From Eledone cirrhosa (Eukaryota), in assembly GCA_964016885.1 (NCBI GenBank), contig OZ024758.1, positions 16,988,001 to 17,052,000 of the forward strand: a stretch of DNA of 64,000 bases, in the 5' to 3' direction. The translations under genes and the position numbers were made by a program. Positions within the stretch are counted from its first letter, which is position 1; each line of letters starts with the position of its first letter. Below the pieces are notes generated by a model. That model was not told where the DNA came from and ran no database searches. It saw nothing but the letters and a program-made list of their open reading frames with translations. This document shows, one piece after another, positions 37,435 to 50,689 of this stretch.

Positions 37435-38075
37435 TTATCTTCAATTCTGTATTCATACCCATCCTTACCTATGGTCATGAACCTTGGTTAATAACCGAAA
37501 GAATACGATCACGAATACAAGCAGCTGAAATAGAGTTTCTTTGAAGGGTCTTTCGAATAATGTTACTCAATCAAGTGCATAGCTTGAAGATCAGAGAGTC
37601 ACTCCAGGTAGAGCTGCTGCTTCTTTGAATTGAAAGATCACAGCTCCAATTTTATGGGCAGTTAGAATGTCTCAGGAAAGAATCACTGGTCAGATCTTAC
37701 AGGTAAAACAAACTGGTAGGAGACCCAACCAAGAGTAGACCTCGAGCAAGATGGTTGTGGGAGCAGAGTCCTTAAACATCCCTTCCAGTGAGTCCTGTCA
37801 GAGGCGACCATCTCCAAATGATTCGGCTGTATCCCCAAGCATGACCAGCCAAGTTCATGGATGTTATCTAACCATCTTGCTCAGGGTCTACCCTGGGTCT
37901 CCTGCCAGTTGGTTTCTCCTTTAAAATCAACCCAGCAATTCTTTCCTGTGACATTATAATCACATGCCAATAGTATCGTAGTTGTGATCACTCAATTCGG
38001 AGAAGTAACAGCTCTACCTAGGAGTGACTCTCTGATCTCCGAGTTGCGCACTTTATCGAGTAATGCTACTCCAAA
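37435..38075. mobile_element. Two RTE fragments joined tail-to-tail (+ 37435-37757, - 37757-38075)
   Basis: Plus strand FNSVFIPILTYGHEPW..RIQAAE..; the minus strand carries the 3' end of the same family. Confidence 0.8.
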
Positions 38076-38476
38076 GACATTTCATTAATATGACAGGGTG
38101 TGGCTTAAGGGAGATGATTTAGCTGTTATTTCCCACAGAGTGAATGATTAGGTAGAGGTTCACAGCATCATGCCATAAATTTCAATATTGCATCTCCTTT
38201 TGGCTCTAACAATCCTTTCATACCAAAATTGTTGGCACAGTCGAATATTTTACCATTCTAAACTATCTTCAATGATATTGTATCTACTGTGCCAGCTATC
38301 ATGTTATGGGAGGATTGTGAGAGCCAAAAGCTAAGCTCTTTTCAATATCATCATCATCGTCTTTACATCTTTTCCATGCTTCCATGGGTTGGACAATATT
38401 AACTTATACCCATATTTCTAAAACAATTAGAGACAGCAAGAGAGATAGATAGATACATAGAGAGAGAGAGAGAGAG

Positions 38477-38568
<92 letters not shown>

Positions 38569-38814
38569 TGTGTGTGTGTGTGAGTGTGTGTACACATTAG
38601 CTAGTCAAAGACTTGGAAACCTTATTACTAAAGCACAATTAAATAGTTTATTGATTATGCCTCAGTCCTGTAGAGAAAATACTTGACAAATACAGAGATA
38701 TTAAAACTCAATTCTGGACAGTTAACCTTATACTATGCAGATCACTCCAATGGGGTTATTGATTTAGTTTTCATTTAGTGCTGTATATACAGCTTGTTGT
38801 TTTTAGTGGTGCTT

Positions 38815-39600
38815 TAAGCCTTTAGCATTTAAACCAGCCGTATCTGGCCAGAACTCTCTCATCTCTTTCTGTTCAAACCGGCTGTAACTAGTCATTCATG
38901 CCTACATTAAGGTATTGTATTGTTTTCAAAATAAATAACATCAAAATTTCGTAGATTTGATATTATGTGCGCTAATGGAGGCACATGGCTTAGTGGTTAG
39001 AGCATTGGCCTTGCAATCGAAAGGTTGTGAGTTCAATTCTCAGACCGGGTGATGTGTTGTTTCCTTGAGCAAGACACTTTATTTCACATTGCTCCAGTTT
39101 ACTCAGCTGTAGAAATGAGATGATAGGGACTGGGGTCCCTATCATTCCACTGCAAAGTGGTCGTGGAGGTGCCACAGCAAAAAAGCACCCAGCACACACT
39201 GTAAATGAGGTTGGTGTTAGGAAGGGCATCCAGCTGTAGAAATCAAGCCAGAATCAGTTCCCGTCCCACCCTTGCAAGCAGGGAAAAGCGGACGTAGAAT
39301 GATGATGATGATGATGAATGATGTAAGGTAAAGCCTTTACTGTGAAAATACCATAGTAAATATAGAGTAATGTAAATGCTAAAGGATTAAATAGGCTATA
39401 TCTGTTCAGAATTCTCTCGCCATTTTCTGTTCAAACCGGCTGTAACTGCTCACTCATACTTACATTAAGGTATTGTTCTCAAAATAAATGATATCAAAAT
39501 TTCGTAATTTGATGTTAGATGAGATAATTATGTAAGATAAAACCTTTACTGGGAAAATACTATAGTATATATAGAGTAATGTGAATGCTAAATGGTTAAG
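38815..39600. mobile_element. piggyBac-type MITE split by SINE B (38974-39317), followed by a second MITE copy (about 39395-39600)
   Basis: CCTTTAGCATTTAAACC start; MITE sequence resumes at about 39320; ends AATGCTAAAGGATTAA and AATGCTAAATGGTTAA. Confidence 0.8.
38974..39317 (+). mobile_element. Full-length SINE family B
   Basis: A box TGGCTTAGTGG, B box GAGTTCAATTC, TCCTTGAGCAAGACACTT domain, hairpin ATGATAGGGAC-tggg-GTCCCTATCAT, RTE tail plus (TGA)n. Confidence 0.92.
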
Positions 39601-39772
39601 TCCAGGCAAGTCTGACAATGGTAACATATGATCAAAAGCTTTTAGGCCTTCCCCACCCTATCTTTTTCTAAGACTATATTATCCGAATTGTATTTCCTTC
39701 TTTTAAGATAGTAATGGTTGTATATAATTTAATAGAAACTTGACTGTTATTTCTATAGGCTTCTCATTAACA

Positions 39773-39960
39773 ATTGTTTCAACTTTTGGCACAAGGCCAG
39801 CAAATACCCAGTGCATTACTGGTACATTATTTTATTGAACCTGTAAGGATAAAAGGCAAAGTTAACCTCGGCGAGATTTGAACTCAGACGGCATGGGCCG
39901 TAACTCTATGCATCAAAGCATGGCGTCCGACCCTCTACCAATACTGCCAATTCATTGCCC
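39773..39960 (-). mobile_element. SINE family A copy
   Basis: Full match to the family. Confidence 0.88.
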
Positions 39961-40867
39961 TTCATCATCATCATCATCATCATCGTTTAACGTCCATCTT
40001 CCACACTAGTATGGGTTTGACGGTTTTGTCCCACTTGAAGCAAGATTGGTCGGGAGACTGTGTCTCACTCATACAGAACTCTCTCTGGCAGGTTTTCTAC
40101 AGCTGGATGCACTTCCTAACACCAACCACATTTGTGTAAATAAAAAAAATGGTATTTTGAATTTTTATAAATATACTTTAACTTTTAAAACAATGAATTG
40201 CAGAGAAATGGAATGAAATGGCTGAATCATGTGATAGGACAGGACGAAAATGATTGGGTGTGAAGAGTGATGGAAATAAATGTAGAAGGAAATAAAGTAA
40301 AGCAAAGAATAGACCAATCAAGACCTGGCTATTGGCAATGGAATGGAGAAGGAGACAATATAATGAAATGGGGAAGTCTGCCATAATGCCTGGAAAATTG
40401 CCTTAAAACATTTGTTTGAAATGCAGAATATTTCTCACATTTTCTCATTTTCTTTTATCAAATTCCATCCACAATTGGTGCCAGTAAGACAGAATCCTTA
40501 AAATTAAATTTATATATAATTCTAAAATTGTAATGATATAAGGACATAAAGAAAAAAAAAATCAATTTTCTACAATTAGCTTTAAATAAATTGACTTGGT
40601 CCATACAAAAAAATTTGTTTTAAAAAGAAATATATTACATGTTCTATCATATTGTTTGGTTTTATCATTTGAAAGTGTAGCTTATGTTTTTATATATTTT
40701 ATGTCTGAACAGTTTGAGATGTATTTCTCTTATGTTTTTTGATCTTTCAGCTGAGTTGAGTCAGAGTTGTTTTGTTTATATTATTTCTTCCATATCCAAC
40801 TAAATCTATATTTACTGTTAAATATTCACTTTATTTAAATTTGTCTGACATAAAGACCCCCACCCCA

Positions 40868-40893
40868 CACACATATATATATAAATACACATA

Positions 40894-40942
<49 letters not shown>

Positions 40943-41110
40943 ATATATATATATATAAACATATATATATATATATAAACATATATATATATATATAAAC
41001 ACATACATATATATAAACATATATATATATATATAAACATACATATATATAAACATATATATATATATATATAAACATACATACATATATATAAACATAT
41101 ATATATAAAC

Positions 41111-41176
<66 letters not shown>

Positions 41177-41518
41177 TGTATATATGTAAAATATATATAT
41201 TCATATATATATATATATATATACACAGATATGTATATTTATATATATATATACATATATGTATATTTATATATATATATATATTTATATATATATACAT
41301 ATATGTATATTTATATATATATATATTGTTATGCTTTGGGAGGGTCATGTTGCCAATAAGAAACACATGCACCAGTTACTTTCACTTCAATTTCAACACA
41401 CGTTTTCAACACATGGTTTCAACACACGTTTTCAGATAAAGAATCTTGCTAAACAAATTCAGAAACGATATATATATATACATATATGTATATTTATATA
41501 TATATATATATACACACG

Positions 41519-41588
<70 letters not shown>

Positions 41589-41639
41589 AATATATATATA
41601 TATATTATATATATATATATATTATATATATATATATAT

Positions 41640-41704
<65 letters not shown>

Positions 41705-41732
41705 CACACATATATGTACATATGTATATATA
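40868..41732. repeat. (TA)n microsatellite blocks
   Basis: Direct reading. Confidence 0.95.
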
Positions 41733-42464
41733 GGTTTGTATATTCGCTAAAATCACCTTCAATGAAAAAGGAATTCTTTAAACATAACTAGCAAATATGT
41801 TCTTAATATCTTCATGCTTATGGTTTTTCCTTTTCCCATTTTCTGCATCTTTTGCTCGGCTCATAAGGAACAGGACAACAACAACAACAACAACAACTAC
41901 AACAACAACACAAAAACAAATATTTTATATTCTATATAACCTATTGGCTCAAGTTATAAAATTGTTTATACATTCCTTACTAGATCTCTAACTGTTGATA
42001 TCTTCTGCCCCGATATTCTGTTAAGTCAGTTAGAAAAAAGGGGAAAATAATACATTATGATGATAAAAATAAAAGCAAATAAATATAAAAATGAATAAAT
42101 AACTAAAAAAAAAAAAAAAAGATATCTATTCTTTATGCATCATATCATTTCCAGTTTGGTGATCTTATCTGATTCTTGAGGAAGAGATATTTATTTATCG
42201 ATTAGGAAGCTATTTGAAATCATTGAGATTATATCATAAAAAGTTAAGATACTCTGACCAACACAGAAATAGCTTCTTGCTATTCAAACAAGAATCTTTT
42301 CTTCTTTTCTATCCTCTCTGCCACTTTCTCAAGTAAATATTTTCCTGATAAAAAACTGAGATATGCTTTGAAACTGTACCTTTATCACAACTGTCTTCTA
42401 TTGCTGTTTAACTATGCATAAAACTGAGTACAGATGTGATATGTGTGATTCTATAAGTATATAT

Positions 42465-45045
42465 GTATATGTTTGTCTGTTTGTGAGGGTAATGCGTCTA
42501 TGTAGGTTTCCATAAGTATGTATTATGTATATATTTGTCTGTGAGAGTAGTGTGTCTATATGTGATTCCATAAGTATGTATTATGTATATATATGTCTGT
42601 GAGGGTAGTGTGTCTATATGTTATTTCCATAAGTATGTATATATTTGTCAGTTTGTGAGGGTAATGTGTCTATATGTGACCCCATAAGTATGTATATATT
42701 TGTCTGTCTGTGAGGGTAGTGTGTCTATATGTGACCCCATAAGTATGTATATATTTGTCTGTCTGTGAGGGTAGTGTGTCTATATGTGACCCCATAAGTA
42801 TGTATATATTTGTCTGTCTGTGAGGGTAGTGTGTCTATATGTGACCCCATAAGTATGTATATATTTGTCTGTGAGGGTAATGTGTCTATATGTGACCCCA
42901 TAAGTATGTATATATTTGTCTGTGAGGGTAATGTGTCTATATGTTATTTCCATAAGTATGTATATATTTGTCTGTGAGGGTAGTGTGTCTATGCGTTGTT
43001 TCCATAAGTATGTATATATTTGTCTGTCTGTGAGGGTAGTGTGTCTATATGTGTTCCCATAAGTATGTATATATTTGTCTGTCTGTGAGGGTAATGTGTC
43101 TATATGTGACCCCATAAGTATGTATATATTTGTCTGTGAGGGTAATGTGTCTATATGTGACCCCATAAGTATGTATATATTTGTCTGTCTGTGAGGGTAG
43201 TGTGTCTATATGTGACCCCATAAGTATGTATATATTTGTCTGTGAGGGTAATGTGTCTATATGTGACCCCATAAGTATGTATATATTTGTCTGTCTGTGA
43301 GGGTAGTGTGTCTATATGTGACCCCATAAGTATGTATATATTTGTCTGTGAGGGTAATGTGTCTATATGTGACCCCATAAGCATGTATATATTTGTCTGT
43401 CTGTGAGGGTAGTGTGTCTATATGTGATTCCATAAGTATGTATATATTTGTCTGTCTGTGAGGGTAGTGTGTCTATATGTGACCCCATAAGTATGTATAT
43501 ATTTGTCTGCCTGTGAGGGTAATGTGTCTATATGTGACCCCATAAGTATGTATATATTTGTCTGTGAGGGTAATGTGTCTATATGTGACCCCATAAGTAT
43601 GTATATATTTGTCTGTCTGTGAGGGTAGTGTGTCTATATGTGACCCCATAAGTATGTATATATTTGTCTGTCTGTGAGGGTAGTGTGTCTATATGTGACC
43701 CCATAAGTATGTATATATTTGTCTGTCTGTGAGGGTAATGTGTCTATATGTGACCCCATAAGTATGTATATATTTGTCTGTCTGTGAGGGTAATGTGTCT
43801 ATATGTGACCCCATAGGTATGTATATATTTGTCTGTCTGTGAGGGTAGTGTGTCTATATGTGACCCCATAAGTATGTATATATTTGTCTGTCTGTGAGGG
43901 TAGTGTGTCTATATGTGACCCCATAAGTATGTATATATTTGTCTGTGAGGGTAGTGTGTATATATGTGATCCCATAAGTATGTATATATTTGTCTGTCTG
44001 TGAGGATAGTGTGTCTATATGTGACCCCATAAGCATGTATATATTTCTCTGTGAGGGGAGTGTGTCTATATGTGACCCCATAAGTATGTATATATTTGTC
44101 TGTCTGTGAGGGTAGTGTGTCTATATGTGACCCCATAAGTATGTATATATTTGTCTGTCTGTGAGGGCAGTGTGTCTATATGTGACCCCATAAGTATGTA
44201 TATATTTGTCTGTGAGGGTAGTGTGTCTATATGTGATTCCATAAGTATGTATATATTTGTCTGTCTGTGAGGGTAATGTGTCTATATGTGACCCCATAAG
44301 AATGTGTATATATTTGTCTGTGAGGGTATTGTGTCTATATGTGACCCCATAAGTATGTATATATTTGTCTGTCTTTGAGGGTAATGTGTCTATATGTGAC
44401 CCCATAAGTATGTATATATTTGTCTGTCTGTGAGGGTAGTGTGTCTATATGTGACCCCATAAGTATGTATATATTTGTCTGTGAGGGTAGTGTGTCTATG
44501 TGACCCCATAAGTATGTATATATTTGTCTGTCTGTGAGGGTAATGTGTCTATATGTGACCCCATAAGTATGTATATATTTGTCTGTGAGGGTAGTGTGTC
44601 TATATGTGACCCCATAAGTATGTATATATTTGTCTGTCTGTGAGGGGAGTGTGTCTATATGTGACCCCATAAGTATGTATATATTTGTCTGTCTGTGAGG
44701 GGAGTGTGTCTATATGTGACCCCATAAGTATGTATATATTTGTCTGTGAGGGTAGTGTGACTATATGTGACTCCATAAGTATGTATATATTTGTCTGTGA
44801 GGGTAATGTGTCTATATGTGACCCCATAAGTATGTATATATTTGTCAGTTTGGGAGGGTAATGTATCTATGCGTTGTTTCCATAAGTATGTATATATTTG
44901 TCTGTCTGTGAGGGTAGTGTGTCTATATGTTATTTCCATATGTATGTATATATTTGTCAGTTTGTGAGGGTAATGTGTCTATGCGTTGTTTCCATAAGTA
45001 TGTATATATTTGTCAGTTTGGGAGGGTAGTGTGTCTATATGTGTG
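42465..45045. repeat. 51/55-bp minisatellite, roughly 48 copies
   Basis: Unit GTGAGGGTAGTGTGTCTATATGTGACCCCATAAGTATGTATATATTTGTCT, with or without an extra GTCT. Confidence 0.97.
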
Positions 45046-45443
45046 TTTATGTTGATATTTCAATGAAATATAGCTTTTGCGACTTAACAGGAAAACAAAA
45101 CAAAAAGAAAAAAAGATAGCAGGTGGTGTTTGGCTGCGAGAAATGCATTATCACTTTGTCATGTTATCAGTTTCTTCAGATGCTTGCGTAGCATCAAGAG
45201 GTAGTGAAGGTATTATTTACGTCTTGTCGAAGATGAGGAAAAAACAAACAAACAAAAATACCCCCCTCAAAAAAAAAAAAAAAAAATCGATGAAAAAAAA
45301 ATGTAACAACAACCACAATAACAACAATAGTGATAGTAATAAAAATAACAATGAAAATAATAATAATGATGATAAAGAATCAAATGAATTTCAGTTAATA
45401 ACATGCATTATATAGAAATGTAAACTGATAAAGAAATATAAAG

Positions 45444-45444
<1 letters not shown>

Positions 45445-45524
<80 letters not shown>

Positions 45525-45707
45525 CATACATATATATATACATATATATATACATATATACATATACATATTTATATACACATATACATATTTATATATA
45601 CATATATACATATATATATATATACATGTACATATATATATATATACATATATATATATAGACATATACGTGTACATATTTATATATATATATACATATA
45701 TGTGTAC

Positions 45708-45756
<49 letters not shown>

Positions 45757-45757
45757 A
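45445..45757. repeat. (TA)n/(TACA)n microsatellite
   Basis: Direct reading. Confidence 0.95.
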
Positions 45758-46369
45758 ATGCTCAATGTGTGAGTGGCAGAGAAAATAAAATATATTTTCC
45801 CCTTTCTTTCTTTTATATAAACATTCATCAGAAAAAAAAGAACAATTTTCCATAAATATTATTTAATGGCTGGCAAAGATGAGAAGAAAAAAATGTCAGA
45901 AGATACCAACTTGTAAGTATACTGAAGAAATCTCATACAATATTATCAATATCAGATTTTTCATCACTTCCTTTCTATTATTTTTATATCACTTACCTTA
46001 TAATGCCCCTCCTCAATCTGAATCCTTATTCTTATATATATTCTTCTCATTTTTTTTCTCCATTTTCCTGGTCTTTTGTTTCAAGGGTTCTCATCTCTTT
46101 CATTTGGTATATTTATTTATTTCTATATGATGAAAAAAATATTTCTTTGCACTCTGTTTTTCCCTTTCACACTATATCCTAAAATGAAAAGAATTAAATT
46201 TTAAACTAGTTTCTGAACCATAGACATTTGTTTTAGTATATTTGAAACTCTTATAGGTAATTTGCTGCTGTATATAAAGCTAACTTTCGTTCTAAATATG
46301 ACAGTATGTAAGCAGAGTACAGAACCCTTGGCTTGTCAGGGTGGTCAGTAGCCTTGCTACGGTACTGAC

Positions 46370-46429
<60 letters not shown>

Positions 46430-46449
46430 CATACATATATATATAGAAT

Positions 46450-47252
46450 AGGAAAGGAACTGGCATAAATTCCATAAAATGTACGCAATGCAGATCTTGG
46501 GTACACAAGAGATGTAGTGGGTTAGCAAACAAACTAACAGGTAGGGAAAACTATGTATGCAGTAGATGTACAGGCAAAGTTGGCAATAGTAATCGAAGTG
46601 AGAGACACATTTTTCCAATGCAGGTGGGTTCTATAGAAGTGGTAATAGCTTCCAGTACCTAGGTGATCAGATTAGCATGGGAGGAGGGTGTTCCGAGGCC
46701 ATAGTATCTAGAATAAGGACGGGTTGGGAGAAGTTTAGGGAGCTGCTTCCTCTGTTGAGAAAAAGGGTTTCTCCCTGCGTACAAAAGGACGGTTATATGA
46801 TGCCTGTGTAAGATGCGCGATGCTGCATGGTAGTGAGACATGGGCAGCAACTGCAGAAGATATGCGACGGTTGGATAGAAATGAAGCATGTATGCTCCGT
46901 TGGATGTGCAATGTCAATGTGTGTGAACGACCAAGCATAGATGAGTTGAGAAAGAAACTGTATAAGAGGGATAAGTTGTGGTGTGCAAGAGAGAAGGCTG
47001 AGATGGTATGGACATGTGATGTGCATGGGGGATGACCCCTGGGTAAAGAAGTGCCAAGAAATCCCAGTAGACTAAGACACAGTAGAGCTAGACCATGCAA
47101 AACATGGGCAGAGGTGGTGAGAGCAGACCTCAGATCACTGAAACTCACCGAGGAGATGACGAAGGACCATGACAAGTGGAGAGATGGTGTTCTGAATAGG
47201 ACCCGTCCAACCCTTGCAAGCAGTGAAAAGCAGACGTAAAATGATAATGATG
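46450..47252 (+). mobile_element. 5'-truncated, frameshifted RTE LINE with a Cys/His finger insertion
   Basis: RKGTGINSIKCTQCRSWVHKRCSG..YVCSRC, then YLGDQIS..GWEKFRELLPL..MLHGSETWA..RNEACMLRWMCNV..RPCKTWAEVVRADL. Confidence 0.9.
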
Positions 47253-47399
47253 ATTATATATACATAATACATACATATATATATATATATACACACACAC
47301 ACATAATATAATAAAATTATCTTTGCAGCGCCACCCTGAGATCAAACCTCCCATCACGAAAGATTGGACAGCCAACAGTCCTACCAACGAAGCCACCTG

Positions 47400-47455
<56 letters not shown>

Positions 47456-47574
47456 TTTTCTGTAGTGTTGTAATATGAATATTACACACAGTTAGATGGA
47501 CAGCTCAAGTAGGGTTTGCTCGACAGTTCCAGTTGTAGTTTCAAAAGTAATCCGGAGAAAATAGAAGGATTTAA

Positions 47575-47705
47575 ATGGATACAGTTCAGTAAAAGGAATT
47601 TATTGACACGTGTTTCAATAACAGTTATATAACCAGCTGTTTTCAGGTTATATAAGTGTTATTGAAACACGTGTCAATAAATTCCTTTTACTGAACTGTA
47701 TCCAT
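47575..47705. repeat. Palindrome with 60-bp arms and 11-nt loop (Penelope-like terminus)
   Basis: ATGGATACAGTTCAGTAAAAGG...CCTTTTACTGAACTGTATCCAT; contains GAAACACGTGTC-AATAAA. Confidence 0.9.
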
Positions 47706-47772
47706 ATATATATATATATATATATATATATTCCAGGTGGCTTCGTTGGTAAGACTGTTGGCTGTCCAATCT

Positions 47773-47817
47773 ATATAATGAAATAAATAGAGATGATATA
47801 AAGTATATATCTTTCAT

Positions 47818-47848
<31 letters not shown>

Positions 47849-48020
47849 ATGTACTGGGTAATTGCTGGTCTTGTGCCAAAAGAAGAAACAATAATTATTA
47901 TTATTATTATATAGGTGGTGAAGGCAGATTCTAATCTTTCAGGATGTTCAATAAATTTTACAAAGCAATGTTGGGCAATATTTTTTTGATATATATATAT
48001 ATATATATATTTTACTTTCT

Positions 48021-48064
<44 letters not shown>

Positions 48065-48104
48065 GCAATATTTTTTTTATATATATATATATATTTTACT
48101 TTCT

Positions 48105-48146
<42 letters not shown>

Positions 48147-48543
48147 GCAATATTTTTTTTATATATATATATATATTTTACTTTCTTGATATATATATAT
48201 ATATATATATATGGGGAATATTTTTTTGATATATATATATATATATTTTACTTTCTTGAGATATATATATATATATATATATCAAGAAAGTAAAATATAT
48301 ATATATATATATATATATATCAAAAATATATTGCCCAACATGAAATGCTTTGTAAAATTTACTGAACATCCTGAAAGATTAGAATCTGCCTTCACCACCT
48401 ATATAATAATAATAATAATTATTATTTCTTCTTTTGGTACAAGGCCAGCAATTACCCAGTACATTATATAATAATAATAATAATAATAATAGTAATAAAT
48501 GAAAGATATATACTTTATGTCATCTCTATTTATTTCATTATAT
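47773..48543. repeat. Large inverted duplication (arms about 230-280 bp) around TA-rich tandem units
   Basis: ORFs 47842-48150(-) and 48211-48471(+) translate to the same peptide end. Confidence 0.9.
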
Positions 48544-48574
48544 ATATTTAGAAGATGCAAAGTTTTATGTATAA

Positions 48575-48758
48575 TTGTTTCTACTTTAGGCACAAGGCCA
48601 GCAACTACCCAGTACATTACTGGTACTTTTATTTTATCGACCCCGTAAGGATGAAAGGCAAAGTTAACCTCGGCAGGATTTGAACTCAGAATGTAAAGGG
48701 ACGTAACTATGCTAAAAAGCATGGCGTCCAACCCTCTACCGATACTGCCAATTCACCG
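48575..48758 (-). mobile_element. SINE family A copy
   Basis: Full match to the family. Confidence 0.88.
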
Positions 48759-48878
48759 CAATGTTTTATGTATAATATAAAGCAAAACATGTTCTCCTCA
48801 GACAAAATACATAGAAAATGTATAATTTTTTCTGATATGCTGGTAGACAAACGAACTGGACATATCAGTTACCACCAG

Positions 48879-48909
<31 letters not shown>

Positions 48910-48938
48910 CATTTATATATACACATACTGACACAAAG

Positions 48939-48975
<37 letters not shown>

Positions 48976-49039
48976 CATTTATATATACACATACTGACAC
49001 AAAGACACACACACACACATATATATACAAAGCATAAAT

Positions 49040-49619
49040 GAATTGCGAGAGAGACTGAGCGTAAGAGGAATCAAATGCTGTGTGCAGGAGAGGCGGTTGC
49101 GCTGGTATCGACATGTGATGCGTATGAAGGATGACAGCTGCATAAAAAGGTGCAGAGCACTAGAAGTCGATGGAAACCGCGGAGTGGGGAGATCCAAGAC
49201 GACCTGGGATGAGGTGATAAAAGCTGACCTTACCCAATTACACCTCTCAAAGGCAATGACACACGACCGTGACCTCTGGCGTCACGCAGTAATAAAGAGT
49301 ACCCGACCTCCGATGGGTACAAGCTGAAGCATATAGACAATATTCCCCCACACCCCCCACCGCAAGGTGGTCGTGGAGGTGCCATGGCAAAAAAGCACCC
49401 AGCCCACACTGTAAAGTGGACGTGTAGGCGCCACGGAAAAGCACCCAGCACTTACTGTAAATGAGGTTGGTGTTAGGAAGGGCATCCAGCTGTAGAAATC
49501 AAGCCAAATCAGTTCCTGTATGAGCAAGGCATGGTCAGCCGACCAGACACTGCCCACAACAGGACAACCCATCTAACCCATGCTAGCGTGGAAGAACGGA
49601 CGTAAAACGGTGATGATGA
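49040..49619 (+). mobile_element. 5'-truncated RTE LINE end with long 3' UTR
   Basis: RERLSVRGIKCCVQERRLRWYRHVMRM..; paralog of 32517-33057. Confidence 0.9.
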
Positions 49620-49966
49620 AATGTTTGAATTTGTAAAGCCAAACAATGCAGGTATGGACATAGAATAAAAATGCAAATGCAAAAGATATTGTTGACAATT
49701 AGTCTTTTACATTAGATTTATTTAAATGTCCTTAATTTCCGAGATAATATCTCTTCTTCGGAGGGAAGTAAAGCGGTTAAACCAGTATTCTAAATAGCTT
49801 GCCAAGTCAATGACTTGGCAAGCTCCGAAGAAGAGATATTATCTCGAAAATTAAGGACATTTAAATAAATCTAATGTAAAAGACTAATTGTCAACAATAT
49901 CTTTTGCATTTGCATTTTATACTATGTCCATACCTGCATTGTTTGGCTTTACACATTCAAACGTTT
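49619..49966. repeat. Inverted repeat with ~145-bp arms and an inner 14-bp-stem hairpin
   Basis: Arms 49619-49763 and 49823-49966; inner AGCTTGCCAAGTCA-a-TGACTTGGCAAGCT at 49796-49824. Confidence 0.9.
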
Positions 49967-50062
49967 AGACCTCATTACACAATGCTTCAAGTGAACTATA
50001 ACTTCCTCATATATATATATATATAATATATAAGAACAAAAGATGGTTAAAAGAGTTCCATG

Positions 50063-50132
50063 TATTTTATTATGCGCATTTCAAAAACAAATATCATCAT
50101 GCAATAATATTTGTGTTTTCATCAGATAAAAC
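50063..50132 (-). ncRNA. Minimal type I hammerhead ribozyme, paralog of 7326-7396
   Basis: Minus strand: GTTTTAT-CTGATGA-[AAACACAAATATTA ttgcatga TGATATTTGTTTTT]-GAAA-TGCGCA-TA-ATAAAATA. Confidence 0.78.
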
Positions 50133-50689
50133 AGGAAGACATGATATGAAGGTTAAAAAACACTTGTGGATAGTTCAGTTTTAAATCAACATATTGCTTT
50201 ATTGTACTACAATATAACTCACCTCCTACAGTCCATGCCGTAAATGTGGTTTGCATTATGATGGCCATCCAGCTATAAAAACCAAGCAAGAAACAGTTCT
50301 GCATGAGCAAGACTTGGTCATCCCATCTAATTTAATTCACAATGGGACAACTCTAACCCATAATGGTGATGATGATGATGCTGTGTATATATGATGGACT
50401 TTCACACAGGTTCTATTCATCAAATTCTTTCACAAACTATTTGTTAGCTGGAGTCATAGAAGACAACATTTTCCAGAACTATCCCACTGTGGGATTGAAC
50501 CTGAAAACAAGTGGTTGCAAATCACACTCCTTGAATACCTATATATACACATACATGTGTGAGTGTATGTGCACGTATGTATGTGCATGTGTCAGTGAGT
50601 GTGTGTGTGTGTGTGTGTACTTGTACATCAAGCTACTACTATATAGGAGAATGTGTGTGTGCATATCTATGTGCATGTGTGTGTGTTTG

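Noticed and set aside
38980-39050. tRNA gene
   Set aside because: A and B boxes are present but it continues into a SINE body, occurs in several dispersed copies, and has no proper acceptor stem or terminator
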